Positions 11,113 through 20,950 of a stretch of 64,000 bases of DNA are shown here, piece by piece. Numbering within the stretch: the first letter of the stretch is position 1; the number at the start of each line of letters is the position of its first letter. Made by a program: the position numbers and the translations under genes. The stretch spans positions 124,001 through 188,000 of IMG/VR virus record IMGVR_UViG_3300042359_000853; one strand, given 5' to 3'. A model generated the notes under the pieces. That model was given only the letters and a program-made list of their open reading frames with translations. It ran no database searches and had not been told where the DNA came from.

Positions 11113-11879
11113 CCGAATAAATCATCACTTTTACCGTAGAAATGTTCCCTCAAAATTGGTAGATAATCATGACATTTGTATATCTTAGCTTCGTCGCCCT
11201 CTGGTCCTAAATGAACGAGATATCCCGATGGTATGATAATACCTTTACCCTCTAGGATAAGACGGTAGAGTGAAATCTGAATCGAATATTCATTGAGGTG
11301 AGTTTTACACCAATCTTGGAAAGGAGGTAGGAGTTTTTCCCAACATTTTTCAGATTCATCTACACCAGTGAACTTTTTATTGGATTTCCAATCAATAATA
11401 AATGGTATATCACCTTTTAGAAAAATAGAATCAATCGTTCCAGCAAGACCAAGCTCACCAGAGAAAACTTTAAGTTCAAACACGACTGGCTCAAAGTTTT
11501 TTAGATACTTAGCCCAGAAAAGATTGAATTTGTTGATTCTACGAACAGCTTCAATATCTGTAGGTAGTTCTTGATAAATGCCGTTGTAGTAGTTCTCGAC
11601 CCACTTATGAACTGAAGTTCCAAGATCGGTGGATATTTTGGCACCAGTTTTCCATTCTAATAAAATCTCTTCTACTGGAACTCCAGTTTTTTCGCTCCGT
11701 TTTTTTGCCCAAAAATCTTCGTCGAATTTTTTATGAAATCTCGAGATATATTTAGTAACTGAAGTAAGTTCAGTATCTCTATAATAATATCGGTGAGCTG
11801 CCTCGTTAAAGACAAACTCTTTATCCTTGAAAACTTCTAATCTATCCTTGAGATTCTGGGTTGCTATCTTGTTCGTCAT
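11109..11879 (-). CDS. PD-(D/E)XK exonuclease (Cas4/YqaJ-like)
   Basis: TSVT..GTSVH..E..LAGTIDSI..IIDWKSN..YSIQISLY. Confidence 0.85.
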   Translation of the reverse strand: MTNKIATQNLKDRLEVFKDKEFVFNEAAHRYYYRDTELTSVTKYISRFHKKFDEDFWAKKRSEKTGVPVEEILLEWKTGAKISTDLGTSVHKWVENYYNGIYQELPTDIEAVRRINKFNLFWAKYLKNFEPVVFELKVFSGELGLAGTIDSIFLKGDIPFIIDWKSNKKFTGVDESEKCWEKLLPPFQDWCKTHLNEYSIQISLYRLILEGKGIIIPSGYLVHLGPEGDEAKIYKCHDYLPILREHFYGKSDDLFG

Positions 11880-13395
11880 CTGGATTATAGTCTAGAAGAG
11901 ATGATGGTGTCTCAATAAAAGTTTCCTCTCTGTTTCTAATCATATTTATAGAAACTCTGAGTTGAGAAGCTAATTCTTGTCTGAGTAATTCAGAATTTCT
12001 GAGTAATTCAGAACGGTCCCGGTCTACGACTATATCGGATCGGAGTCTTCGTGTATCCAAGTGCCCTGTAATATCGCCCATAGATTCCTCATATACAACC
12101 TGTTCAGATGGGTCTTCTGATACATTTATATCTACCGCTGCATTATTTTCATTACCTAGTTCGGGTTCGGGTCGTTGAATCTCGATCGTTTGTTGATGTA
12201 GAAATCTTCTGTAAGGATTTCTTTCAGTTAATAACTCTCTGAATTTCTCTACTTTTTTCATTTTCAGATCTGCTACATCTGAATTTTCAATATCACCGTT
12301 GAGCTCTTCCCATTTTCCTGAGAAAAGATGATCTTCAATTTTATCAGAATATCTACAATCATCAACATGAATCCATCGATTAAGAATATCAGATGAAACA
12401 ACACGGTTTCTATGAACTCTGATATCACGATAATCTAGATAGATTACATCTGAACTATTGTAGTAGTTCAAGTCCTCTTGACTTTGCTCAAGTGAACTAC
12501 TGGGATTAAAAGATCCACTAGAAGAGGTCATTACTACGATTCTCTCACTATTTTTTGGATGATAGTTGTAGAAAGTTTTACTATCCAGGTCAAAAAACTT
12601 GAACGTATCTAAATAGGGAAATCTACTAATATCGGTAGTATCAAGTTTTACCGAAAGTTCAAGGTATTGACGCTTTCCATCTACCATAAACCATAAAGAA
12701 GAGTTCCAACTCTGTTCAGCGCGGCAGTAGTATCCGTTTTCTGTAGCAAAGTCTTTAAAGAGTCCACGATACACAGAATCGTTGGTTGTGTAGATTCTAT
12801 CCATGATTTTCAGACCACCATCGACTTCCCAAAGAAGAGCTCTTCCTAAGAGTGTTCCGAAAATTTTATCACGAAGAATAAGTAGATCGATAGTTCCACT
12901 ATTTTTCGTGTAGAGATCAAAGAACTCCTGACAAGATTTATGCTTCATACAAGACGAGTTCAAGCTACCGTGTGTTCGCTTATCGTAACTTTCTTCATCA
13001 TACCACCATGTGATTTCCTCACCAGTGGCGATGGAAAACTGGGTATGTAGTTTAGATCCGTGAGATTTGATACTATCGATGAATATTTCCATTTCTTGAT
13101 AGTCAATTTTTCTAAAAATCTTAGAAATAACACCAGATGGTTTTGTTTGATAACGCTTTGATGAAGACCAAATCTCATCTTGAGAAATCTTCTCAAACCT
13201 ATCGTGTGTAAGGTAGGAAAGTTTTGAAGGATCAGAAATCGAAATGCCTAAGTAGTTGACAGGATCTTCTACGATTTCATCAAGAGGTATTCTACCCTCA
13301 AGAAGAATCCTCGCGTAGTAAGATTTAGAAGATATAGCTTCAAGAAGATTGTGAAGCTCGGGTGAGATTTCTGGTTTGAAATAAGTTGGTTCCAT
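11842..13395 (-). CDS. Conserved phage protein, SCM-RALLW-MDRIY family, copy 1
   Basis: SLNSSCMKH..GRALLW..IMDRIY..FPYLDTFKF; paralog of 46286..47707. Confidence 0.7.
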   Translation of the reverse strand: MEPTYFKPEISPELHNLLEAISSKSYYARILLEGRIPLDEIVEDPVNYLGISISDPSKLSYLTHDRFEKISQDEIWSSSKRYQTKPSGVISKIFRKIDYQEMEIFIDSIKSHGSKLHTQFSIATGEEITWWYDEESYDKRTHGSLNSSCMKHKSCQEFFDLYTKNSGTIDLLILRDKIFGTLLGRALLWEVDGGLKIMDRIYTTNDSVYRGLFKDFATENGYYCRAEQSWNSSLWFMVDGKRQYLELSVKLDTTDISRFPYLDTFKFFDLDSKTFYNYHPKNSERIVVMTSSSGSFNPSSSLEQSQEDLNYYNSSDVIYLDYRDIRVHRNRVVSSDILNRWIHVDDCRYSDKIEDHLFSGKWEELNGDIENSDVADLKMKKVEKFRELLTERNPYRRFLHQQTIEIQRPEPELGNENNAAVDINVSEDPSEQVVYEESMGDITGHLDTRRLRSDIVVDRDRSELLRNSELLRQELASQLRVSINMIRNREETFIETPSSLLDYNPDDEQDSNPESQG

Positions 13396-13403
13396 TTTTT
13401 TTA

Positions 13404-14276
13404 TTAAGTGGTTTGAAGAAGAAAGTCGAGTTTTTCGTTACGAATAAAACAAGTTGTCATACGCATAATTTTTTGTGCTTCTTTTTTTATAACGTGAGAA
13501 TCTTCGTTAGAAAATATCTGTAAATATAGTGTAAAAACATCAAACGCGTCTAGGCTAAAATCATTTTCTCTAGTGAAAATAATATCTTTACTCTGTGTAT
13601 ATAAAACTTGTTTTTGCGAAGGTGTTAAATCCTTTAGTATCCTACGACCAAAAATTAAAACTTTCTTAAAGGCATCAAACTTTTTGTGATCTGATTTATT
13701 ATCCTTTTCACAAAGAATACGCCTGATATTTGAAATCATAACTCTTTGACCAACCAAACTGTTGATAGCTGAGATTTGTTCTAAAAAAGTTTCACTTACT
13801 AGATTTGATGAAACTTTATCAGCCGCTCTTGTTACACCAGTCAAATGTTTCTTATAGAGGGAAAAGTTTCTATCTGAAAAAACGATTTGTTTATTGCTGT
13901 CTTGTGATTGTAGTCCGATATTCAGCTGGAGAGCTCTTGATTTATCAGAAGAAGACAGAATGTAAAAACTTTTGTTCCAAAAAGATCCAGCTACTTCAAC
14001 TTGATCTGAAAGTAGGGTTAAGGACTGAACACCACCACGAATTTGTAGTCGATAAAAACTAATAGTAAAATTTTGTTCGATTTCAAGAATCTTTTCTTTC
14101 ATGAAAGAAGTAATATCAAATATCTCGTATTTATCCGATACTTCCCTTGTTGAAATTACCCTGTCACCCCACTTGGTGACTACCGTATTTGAGACTTTAT
14201 GAATGGTGATTTTTTCGATTTGAGAAAAAAGTTTCTCTCTATCCCAGGCCTTAAAATTTGACATTATCCAATTCAT
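13404..14276 (-). CDS. DUF932-like protein
   Basis: ILSSSDKSRALQLNIGL and YKKHLTG resemble the DUF932 core. Confidence 0.4.
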   Translation of the reverse strand: MNWIMSNFKAWDREKLFSQIEKITIHKVSNTVVTKWGDRVISTREVSDKYEIFDITSFMKEKILEIEQNFTISFYRLQIRGGVQSLTLLSDQVEVAGSFWNKSFYILSSSDKSRALQLNIGLQSQDSNKQIVFSDRNFSLYKKHLTGVTRAADKVSSNLVSETFLEQISAINSLVGQRVMISNIRRILCEKDNKSDHKKFDAFKKVLIFGRRILKDLTPSQKQVLYTQSKDIIFTRENDFSLDAFDVFTLYLQIFSNEDSHVIKKEAQKIMRMTTCFIRNEKLDFLLQTT

Positions 14277-14298
14277 AAGTTTATTTTTATCTACTCAG

Positions 14299-14306
14299 CA
14301 AATATA
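14299..14306 (-). promoter_or_regulatory. Bacteroidota primary-sigma -7 element (TATATTTG)
   Basis: Matches TAnnTTTG, upstream of 13404..14276. Confidence 0.6.
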
Positions 14307-14336
14307 GAGAGGAATGAATGGAGTTGTATATTAAAT

Positions 14337-15203
14337 TTAGGTTAAGTTTGTGTAGTTCATCACCAAAACTTCGGTTGCTCGTGATTGTTTTTGTCCACTT
14401 TTAGCCATCGCTGCTTTTGCGAACTCTTGCTGAGTCCATCGGTAACTATCCTTAGGAAACCACTCTTCGAGCTCATTAAAGGGATAATAAGATAGTGAAA
14501 ATTTTCCCGAGATTGATTTTAGACAATTTGCTAGACGAAGATGGTCTCGAGAAGTAAAATCGTGATTGGAATAGTAGGATCCCTCACCGACTTTCCAATA
14601 GGGTGGATCGCAATAGAAATAAGTATCAGGTGAATCTAAGAGAGTAATGATCTGTTCAAAATCAAGCCGATAAACATCGGTTATTAGAGAAAACTTTTCG
14701 CACCATTTATCATTCTCTAGTTTATTGATAAAAGATTGAAACTTCGAGTGGTATTTACCCTTCAGATCAATATATCCTGAAGTCTTGGGATTTGCTCCTG
14801 AGAAGATATTAGAAAGAATCAGCGCGTGTTTGGCAGCTCTTTCGAGATTTGGGACTTCTTCTATTTTGGATTCATCACCATAGAGCTCTCGTTGAGATTG
14901 TAAAAAAAAGTTTTTAGTATCTAAAGATGAACCTACACCCTTTTTTTGATAGGGAAAACTTTTACATATTTCTAAAACACCTTTAGGATCTTGACGAAGA
15001 CTTAGAAAAAGATTGTAGTTCAAGGGGTTCAAATCGTTATAGACAATCCTTTCAAGGTGTGGGTAGTTATCCAAGTTCATTCCGAAATAAGTCCAGAACA
15101 TACCCGAGAAAGTTTCTACATAAGTTTTGATATTTTTTGGTATTTCGGGTATAATCAACTTTTTAGCTATTTGACTTTTACCACCGATATAGGGAAGGCA
15201 CAT
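14337..15203 (-). CDS. dam: DNA adenine methyltransferase (Dam/D12 class), copy 1
   Basis: PYIGGKS, ETFSG, YNDLN, CDPPY. Confidence 0.9.
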   Translation of the reverse strand: MCLPYIGGKSQIAKKLIIPEIPKNIKTYVETFSGMFWTYFGMNLDNYPHLERIVYNDLNPLNYNLFLSLRQDPKGVLEICKSFPYQKKGVGSSLDTKNFFLQSQRELYGDESKIEEVPNLERAAKHALILSNIFSGANPKTSGYIDLKGKYHSKFQSFINKLENDKWCEKFSLITDVYRLDFEQIITLLDSPDTYFYCDPPYWKVGEGSYYSNHDFTSRDHLRLANCLKSISGKFSLSYYPFNELEEWFPKDSYRWTQQEFAKAAMAKSGQKQSRATEVLVMNYTNLT

Positions 15204-15793
15204 TAATCTAGTTCTCCTTTCATTGCTTTTATTTTATCTCGGATCTGAGATGCGATCTCGTAGTCTTCTTCTTCGAGTGCTTTATCGAGCATTTTCTGAA
15301 GATTTTCTAAAGTTACTTTAGGAGAAGAGCCTTGTTTTTTTGGCTGTTGAGGTTCGGATGCCTCTTCATCTAGATCAGGGATCAACCCGTAGATTTCCAT
15401 TACTTCAGATGAAACATAAATAGGAAGTTCTAGTTTTGCTGCTAGACAAAGAGCATCTCCTACACCTACATTGATCTCAATTTCTCCTTCTTGTGAGTTT
15501 GTAATAACTTTAGTATAAAAAATTCCCTCGAAAACAGAGTGTAAATAAACCGCATCCATCGTAAAGTTGTGATTAGTTGAGAGCGATTCAAAAAGATCCC
15601 AAACAAAAACTTTTTGAGTTTCTATTTTTTCAAGTTGAAGTGCGATAAACTGAGCTTCTCTATCACGAACAATCACCGGTAGTTTTCTATCACCACTCTC
15701 TTCTTCAAGAACAACGATATAGTTATCACCCATCGATTGGGTCTGTGATAGACCGATTATATTACACTCTATTTTCTTTTGGAAATTTGACAT
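15203..15793 (-). CDS. Bifunctional nuclease (DUF151) with C-terminal UVR domain
   Basis: VLEEESGDRKLPVIV..EAQFIA..GDALCLA..PIYV; LDKALEEEDYEIASQIRDKI. Confidence 0.85.
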   Translation of the reverse strand: MSNFQKKIECNIIGLSQTQSMGDNYIVVLEEESGDRKLPVIVRDREAQFIALQLEKIETQKVFVWDLFESLSTNHNFTMDAVYLHSVFEGIFYTKVITNSQEGEIEINVGVGDALCLAAKLELPIYVSSEVMEIYGLIPDLDEEASEPQQPKKQGSSPKVTLENLQKMLDKALEEEDYEIASQIRDKIKAMKGELD

Positions 15794-15837
15794 TTGTTAT
15801 TTTATGATTTTATCTTAAAAGGTTGCGAACAAAAAAG

Positions 15838-15869
15838 AAAAAAAACCTGGACAGAATCCAGGTTTTTTT
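15838..15869. terminator. Intrinsic terminator hairpin (bidirectional geometry)
   Basis: AAAAAAAACCTGGA-CAGAA-TCCAGGTTTTTTT. Confidence 0.85.
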
Positions 15870-15870
15870 C

Positions 15871-17058
15871 TTACATTTTTACCTTACTCTCGGTAGTAGT
15901 TGGTGGTTTGTTGATCCGTTGAATGTTCAGTAGGACATCTTTGAAGGCGCTAAGGAATTTTTTCACCTTTGGGTTTGAGATTTGATCCGTTGGGTCGTCT
16001 AAAATCCATAGTAGATAAGCTGTGAGTTCATCATCACCAAGACGCTTTAGAAACTTTGTGAGGTTTGTTAGTTGCTTATCGGATAGATTACCAACAGCAA
16101 ATTCTGGTTCTTTTAAGGATTGAACAAGTTCAGAGTTCTTATCACGGTTGTATTTATCTAGTATTTCTGAAACCTCATCATACCTATTGAGAACGTCACG
16201 AATACTCACACTCATCATTTCTTCACAATATTGTAGAAAACGTTGAGCTCCATTTCCAACATACGAGTGGGAAACTTCTCGTAGATAATCAATGAACATA
16301 TTCACTGAAGATTCTTTACCGAAGTTCTGAACAATAAAATCACTCAAGAAAGTCCAAGAACGAGGTGTAGCGTATGCTTTTGTATTTTCGGTTGGATTCT
16401 GATACAGCTTATCAGGGTAAGCTTTAAGATAAGAGATAATCAAGGGGTGAACCCACTTTGACGCAAAGTCTGTTTGCCAATCGTTCGCAGAGAGTGAGTG
16501 AGACATATGAATAAGACGGTTGTTCAACGCATTGTCGAACTCTTCTACGTCTGTTCCATCTTCGTCACCAAGGTTACCAGAGGCCATCATTAAAACGTTA
16601 CTATTAAACTTGAAGTCACCAATCTCACGCTCAAGTAAGATCTGAAGAGCTGCGTTTCTTACAAATTGCGGAGCTCTGTTCAACTCTTCGAAGTGAATAA
16701 TGGTGGGTTGAGAGTTAGCTTTCAGAGCCCACTCTGGTGTAGAATATCCGTGACACTTCCTAGAGACACCATCGATATCTACTTCTTTAAGGTAGGGAAA
16801 CTTAAAGTCGGTTTCATCAGACATCGATAGACGTAAATCCATATACTGGAAATTCATCTTGTCTGCGATAGACCTGGCGATAGCTGATTTAGCGATACCA
16901 GGTTTTGAGGTAATATAAAGAACACCACTCTTAGGCCACATACACATAAAATATAAACGCTCTCTACGGGTGAGTTCCCGCATTCTTTGGGAGATCTCTT
17001 CGGGAAGAGCTGTGGTCACTGGAAGTGGATTTGGATTTTTTGGAGACATTTTAGCCAT
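15871..17058 (-). CDS. MoxR-like AAA+ ATPase
   Basis: SKPGIAKS (variant Walker A), IIHFEELNRA (Walker B), ASGN, DNALNNR, ATPRSW. Confidence 0.9.
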   Translation of the reverse strand: MAKMSPKNPNPLPVTTALPEEISQRMRELTRRERLYFMCMWPKSGVLYITSKPGIAKSAIARSIADKMNFQYMDLRLSMSDETDFKFPYLKEVDIDGVSRKCHGYSTPEWALKANSQPTIIHFEELNRAPQFVRNAALQILLEREIGDFKFNSNVLMMASGNLGDEDGTDVEEFDNALNNRLIHMSHSLSANDWQTDFASKWVHPLIISYLKAYPDKLYQNPTENTKAYATPRSWTFLSDFIVQNFGKESSVNMFIDYLREVSHSYVGNGAQRFLQYCEEMMSVSIRDVLNRYDEVSEILDKYNRDKNSELVQSLKEPEFAVGNLSDKQLTNLTKFLKRLGDDELTAYLLWILDDPTDQISNPKVKKFLSAFKDVLLNIQRINKPPTTTESKVKM

Positions 17059-17074
17059 AGTTCGTTTTTTTTTA

Positions 17075-17106
17075 CAAAGATAAGAAGATTTTTGGTAGAA
17101 AACAAA
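17075..17106 (-). promoter_or_regulatory. Bacteroidota primary-sigma promoter TTTG-N20-TATCTTTG
   Basis: Both elements with canonical spacing upstream of the MoxR gene. Confidence 0.75.
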
Positions 17107-17124
17107 TATTTAATGAAAATATTT

Positions 17125-17487
17125 TTAGAAAGGATATTGATTGGATTCTAACTTTACCGATCCAGAAATCAACTGGTCTAATACCCAGGCTAGATTATAG
17201 ACATCACAACTACCAAGATTGATATAATCCTCTTCTTGAGAGATAAGACAAACTTTATTATTGTGGTATCCTAAACTACAAATACTTAACGATTCAGTAT
17301 CATAGGCATCGTCGTATCCATTTACTAATCTATCTAAACGAAAAGAGGTTGGAAGATTAAGCCTGGAATCTTTGTCTTCGATTAAAAAACTTACCTTCTG
17401 TGCGATAAGGTTGATCATTTCTGATTGGAGATCTTGAATTTTTTGTCTAAACATCTTTTTTGTTTTTAGTCCAGCAAATATATCCAA
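17125..17487 (-). CDS. Hypothetical protein
   Basis: ORF in tight minus-strand operon. Confidence 0.55.
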   Translation of the reverse strand: MDIFAGLKTKKMFRQKIQDLQSEMINLIAQKVSFLIEDKDSRLNLPTSFRLDRLVNGYDDAYDTESLSICSLGYHNNKVCLISQEEDYINLGSCDVYNLAWVLDQLISGSVKLESNQYPF

Positions 17488-17493
17488 GATTTT

Positions 17494-18084
17494 CTAAATA
17501 TCCAAAGAATCTGAAAAGTTTTTTTCGACTTGTATGTTTTTTAGGGAGACAACAGGCTTGACACGCTCAAAAACCTTTTCAACCTGACCTAGATTGGATA
17601 GATTATCAATAGTTCCGGGTTTTATGGAATATTTGATAGTTTCTGTAAGTATTTTGGATTTGTCTTCTGGTGATATTTCATCTGACATTCCGATCATCTC
17701 TTGTAGTATAGGTAGATACTTCTCTACCATTTCAGAGGATATAGACCATTCGTGTGTTTCTTGAATAGCATCTCTACCAAGTTCAGATTCGACCAAAGAT
17801 TTAGTGGTCTCATTTAGAGAGATATACCTATCACTCGGAACGAAAAGAACACTTGAAACTTCACTTTCTCTTTGTGAATAAACTTTCAGAGAACCTGGAT
17901 TCATACGAGAATTTTCATACATCCGGCACCACTCGACTTTAGCTACTTCTTTGACTTGGTCGGTCAGAGTAGATACGATGTTCTCTCTTTCTTTGATCTC
18001 AAGATTGAGTTTATGTATTTGTGAAACCCTCGAAAAAAATAGTGGATCTTTAGTTTCTACGGATATTTGTAACTTTTTAGGCAT
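17494..18084 (-). CDS. Hypothetical protein
   Basis: ORF in operon, overlapping start/stop. Confidence 0.6.
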   Translation of the reverse strand: MPKKLQISVETKDPLFFSRVSQIHKLNLEIKERENIVSTLTDQVKEVAKVEWCRMYENSRMNPGSLKVYSQRESEVSSVLFVPSDRYISLNETTKSLVESELGRDAIQETHEWSISSEMVEKYLPILQEMIGMSDEISPEDKSKILTETIKYSIKPGTIDNLSNLGQVEKVFERVKPVVSLKNIQVEKNFSDSLDI

Positions 18085-18490
18085 ATTGTAACTCTTTGTA
18101 TTTTAATGATTTTACACTCTTTAGATTAGAGCAAAGATACGCTCTAAAAAAACGATTACCAAAATTAGTTCCTTGAATCTCAACTAGATAACTTTGGTCT
18201 GAAACTTTTTTAACTGAAATTTTAGTCTCGTTTGTATGCCAGTAAGGATACCTTACTACACCGGTGCTTCTTGTGTTTCGAAGTGTATTCTCAAATTGTA
18301 ACCGATCGACCTCTCCTTTTCCAAATAAGTTCTCAAAATATTCATCTAGATGCCTAGCTTCTGATTCATCAAAGTTCCAGAGTTTTTTGTCAGTCAATAG
18401 ATGTTCAATCTCTGATGATGTTATTGGCAGAGTATCTGATGAAAAGGTAGTAGAGAGAGTTGTGTAGTAATCTGATTGTGTTGAAAACAT
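18077..18490 (-). CDS. Hypothetical protein
   Basis: ORF in operon. Confidence 0.55.
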   Translation of the reverse strand: MFSTQSDYYTTLSTTFSSDTLPITSSEIEHLLTDKKLWNFDESEARHLDEYFENLFGKGEVDRLQFENTLRNTRSTGVVRYPYWHTNETKISVKKVSDQSYLVEIQGTNFGNRFFRAYLCSNLKSVKSLKYKELQYA

Positions 18491-18507
18491 AAATATTTTT
18501 TACAAGG

Positions 18508-19554
18508 TTAGGCGATATTCATTGTAGCTCCAGCTTGACCGATGAAACTCTTTTCTGCTATTTCAAGAGCTTCAGATATTACTCTTACAATACGATAGGG
18601 ATCAGCGTTCGAAGCTGGTCTTCTATCTTCAACATACCCACGCCAGTCTTTGGCTGTTTGTAGTGGAACACGAAGTGATGCGCCTCTATCAGAGACACCC
18701 CAACTAAACGTATCAATAGACTGGGTTTCGTGTTTACCGGTAAGACGAAGTTCATTAGAAGAGCCGTAGTTTGAGATATGCTCTTTGTGTCGTGTCTCAA
18801 AGGTGTTAAATAGTATATCAAAATAATCCTTACCACCAACTTCACGCATCATGGTATTAGAGAAGTTGCAGTGAAGACCACTGCCATTCCAATCACCAAC
18901 AACTGGTTTCGGGTGAAACTCAATTGAAAATCCCCACTTTTCTGAAAGTCTTTGTAGAAAATGACGAGCTACCCAAAGATCATCACTAGCGCGTCTGGAC
19001 GAAGTATTGAAAATCTGAAACTCCCACTGACCTAGGAGAACTTCAGCGTTGGTTCCTGTGATTTTAAGACCGGCATCCAAACAATGCTCTAAATGTTCAG
19101 ATACAAATTTTCTCCCGTGAACTTGATCACTACCAACACCGCAGTAATACTTACCTTGTGGTTGAGGATATCCATTCTGTGGAAAACCAAGAGGTCTTCC
19201 ATCGAGCATAATAGTATATTCTTGTTCGAAACCATACCAAGTATCATCCTTCTCGGGAGTTAAGTGTCGAGTATTACTCTCATGTGGTGTTCCATCTGGA
19301 TTATAAACTTCACAAAGAACTAAATAAGAGGTATAGTATCCGTAATCTACCGTGTTCGGGTAGAGTGATACTGGTTTTAAGATCCTATCAGAGTAATGAC
19401 CCTCTGCTTGTTGAGTAGATGAACCGTCGAAAGACCATTCTGGACAATCTTCAATAGAGAAGTTTTCTTCATCAATCTCTAAAATTTTTACCTTACTTCG
19501 AAGGTTTGGCTCTGGTCGATATCCATCTAGCCATACATATTCAAGTTTTATCAT
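18508..19554 (-). CDS. glnII: Glutamine synthetase type II
   Basis: KLEYVWLDG, WSFDGSST, GFEQEY, YYCGVG, NAEV..GQWEFQ, HPKP..GDWNGSGLHCNFS, RLTGKHET, DRGAS, EDRRPASN. Confidence 0.96.
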   Translation of the reverse strand: MIKLEYVWLDGYRPEPNLRSKVKILEIDEENFSIEDCPEWSFDGSSTQQAEGHYSDRILKPVSLYPNTVDYGYYTSYLVLCEVYNPDGTPHESNTRHLTPEKDDTWYGFEQEYTIMLDGRPLGFPQNGYPQPQGKYYCGVGSDQVHGRKFVSEHLEHCLDAGLKITGTNAEVLLGQWEFQIFNTSSRRASDDLWVARHFLQRLSEKWGFSIEFHPKPVVGDWNGSGLHCNFSNTMMREVGGKDYFDILFNTFETRHKEHISNYGSSNELRLTGKHETQSIDTFSWGVSDRGASLRVPLQTAKDWRGYVEDRRPASNADPYRIVRVISEALEIAEKSFIGQAGATMNIA

Positions 19555-19562
19555 ATATTTAG

Positions 19563-19868
19563 TTATTTTTTTGTAACATAAAAATCCTCAGCGCCTTCGT
19601 ATCGTTCAACAAGATTATTATCCAAAAGAAACTTCACTAGATGTGTAGTTTGAGTATCTGAAATTTTAAGAGTTCTTGAAATAAGATCTTTGTGACAGGG
19701 CCTTCTAAGCTTAGCAAGTATTTTATCAATAGATTTTTGATCGGGAATTGTTGAAATCACCTTTTGGTAACTATCTCTAGCTAAGTTCATTTTTTGATTG
19801 ACTAGAAGATTAATATCTTCTGAAGATTTTCCTAAAATTTCCTCTTCGGTAAGTGTTATTGATATCAT
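19563..19868 (-). CDS. Small protein, possible winged-helix C-terminus
   Basis: ISRTLKISDTQTTHLVKFLLDNNLVE. Confidence 0.45.
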   Translation of the reverse strand: MISITLTEEEILGKSSEDINLLVNQKMNLARDSYQKVISTIPDQKSIDKILAKLRRPCHKDLISRTLKISDTQTTHLVKFLLDNNLVERYEGAEDFYVTKK

Positions 19869-19879
19869 AATTTTTTTAT

Positions 19880-20215
19880 TTAAACTTCGTCGTCGTAGTC
19901 TGATTCACTCCACTCGTCACCGGAATCCCAGCTATCAAGTTCATCATCATTATCTTCGTTGTATTCGTCGTAAGATGCTAGATCTTCCGAAGCGTATTCG
20001 TATTCGGCTACATCGTTTTTAGAAAAAAGTGTAAGTAAAGATTTCAACTCAACTTCAGTCAGGGAAATATCTTTAATTCTAAAGGCGTCGTAAGAGCTAT
20101 TTTCGAGCATTTCATACTCAATTTTTTCACTATCTTGAAGTTTGTTGAGAGCATCGTAAATATCATCGTAGTTCACACAATCGTAAAGTGTATAGTATTT
20201 TGCTAGTTTAGCCAT
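19880..20215 (-). CDS. Small, highly acidic protein
   Basis: D/E-rich tail DEYNEDNDDELDSWDSGDEWSESDYDDEV. Confidence 0.6.
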   Translation of the reverse strand: MAKLAKYYTLYDCVNYDDIYDALNKLQDSEKIEYEMLENSSYDAFRIKDISLTEVELKSLLTLFSKNDVAEYEYASEDLASYDEYNEDNDDELDSWDSGDEWSESDYDDEV

Positions 20216-20945
20216 TTGTATTTATATTTTTTAGTTTTTTTTCTATTAATGTTTGCGCTAGGTAGGGAAGTTTTTTATTATCGACCCACTGAGCAACAAC
20301 TCTGAACTTATCATCAATAAGTGAAATCGTGAAGTAGTTGAAGTTATCATCTCTAAATGTAGCGGTTGTAGATTCTATTTTTATAGGATAAATATAATCG
20401 AACCTATCAAGATGGTAGTTCTCCACTGACTTGATAAACTCGAAATTTCCCTCTTTATAATAATTTTGTGATAAAAGTTTCAAGAATTTATCTACTTTTT
20501 CGAGCTTTGTAGACTTAAGCTGACTACTAACATCACGAGGATAGAAACCAAGATTAGCAAAAAGAGGTCGTTGATCCAAACCAAGGTAAGTTCGTATAGA
20601 TCCAAGTGTTTTCGAGTTACAAATAGCATAATAAGAAGTGTTTTCTCTGTGTTGTGAAAGGCCTAGACCTTCGATAAAAATATCTGTGACCTCAAAATCA
20701 GTAACTCTCTTTAACTTTTCAACATCTCTAGGTGAAAAGGATCGAACCTCGATATCATCAGCTACGATTATTAGATAACCCGGTCCTTCACTTTTTATAC
20801 GATTATCGACATATTTTTTATAATCTTCTTGGGAGAGTGATTCTTTCATTTGTTCAATAACCTGGGAAAGAGAACCTTCTTCTATACGAACAGCTAGAAT
20901 ATTGGTTCCGAAGGTATCGCGTATCCATTCAATTTTTCTAATCAT
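20208..20945 (-). CDS. 2H-phosphoesterase-like protein lacking catalytic histidines
   Basis: Scaffold YVDNR..G.Y-LIIV..GLG..N.SYYAIC.S..L..IR..LGL..FANLGF; the HxT motifs are replaced. Confidence 0.5.
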   Translation of the reverse strand: MIRKIEWIRDTFGTNILAVRIEEGSLSQVIEQMKESLSQEDYKKYVDNRIKSEGPGYLIIVADDIEVRSFSPRDVEKLKRVTDFEVTDIFIEGLGLSQHRENTSYYAICNSKTLGSIRTYLGLDQRPLFANLGFYPRDVSSQLKSTKLEKVDKFLKLLSQNYYKEGNFEFIKSVENYHLDRFDYIYPIKIESTTATFRDDNFNYFTISLIDDKFRVVAQWVDNKKLPYLAQTLIEKKLKNINTNG

Positions 20946-20950
20946 TTAAC

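Noticed and set aside
11109-11879. Cas4 of a CRISPR system
   Set aside because: No Fe-S cysteine cluster pattern, cas neighbours or array; treated as a generic phage exonuclease
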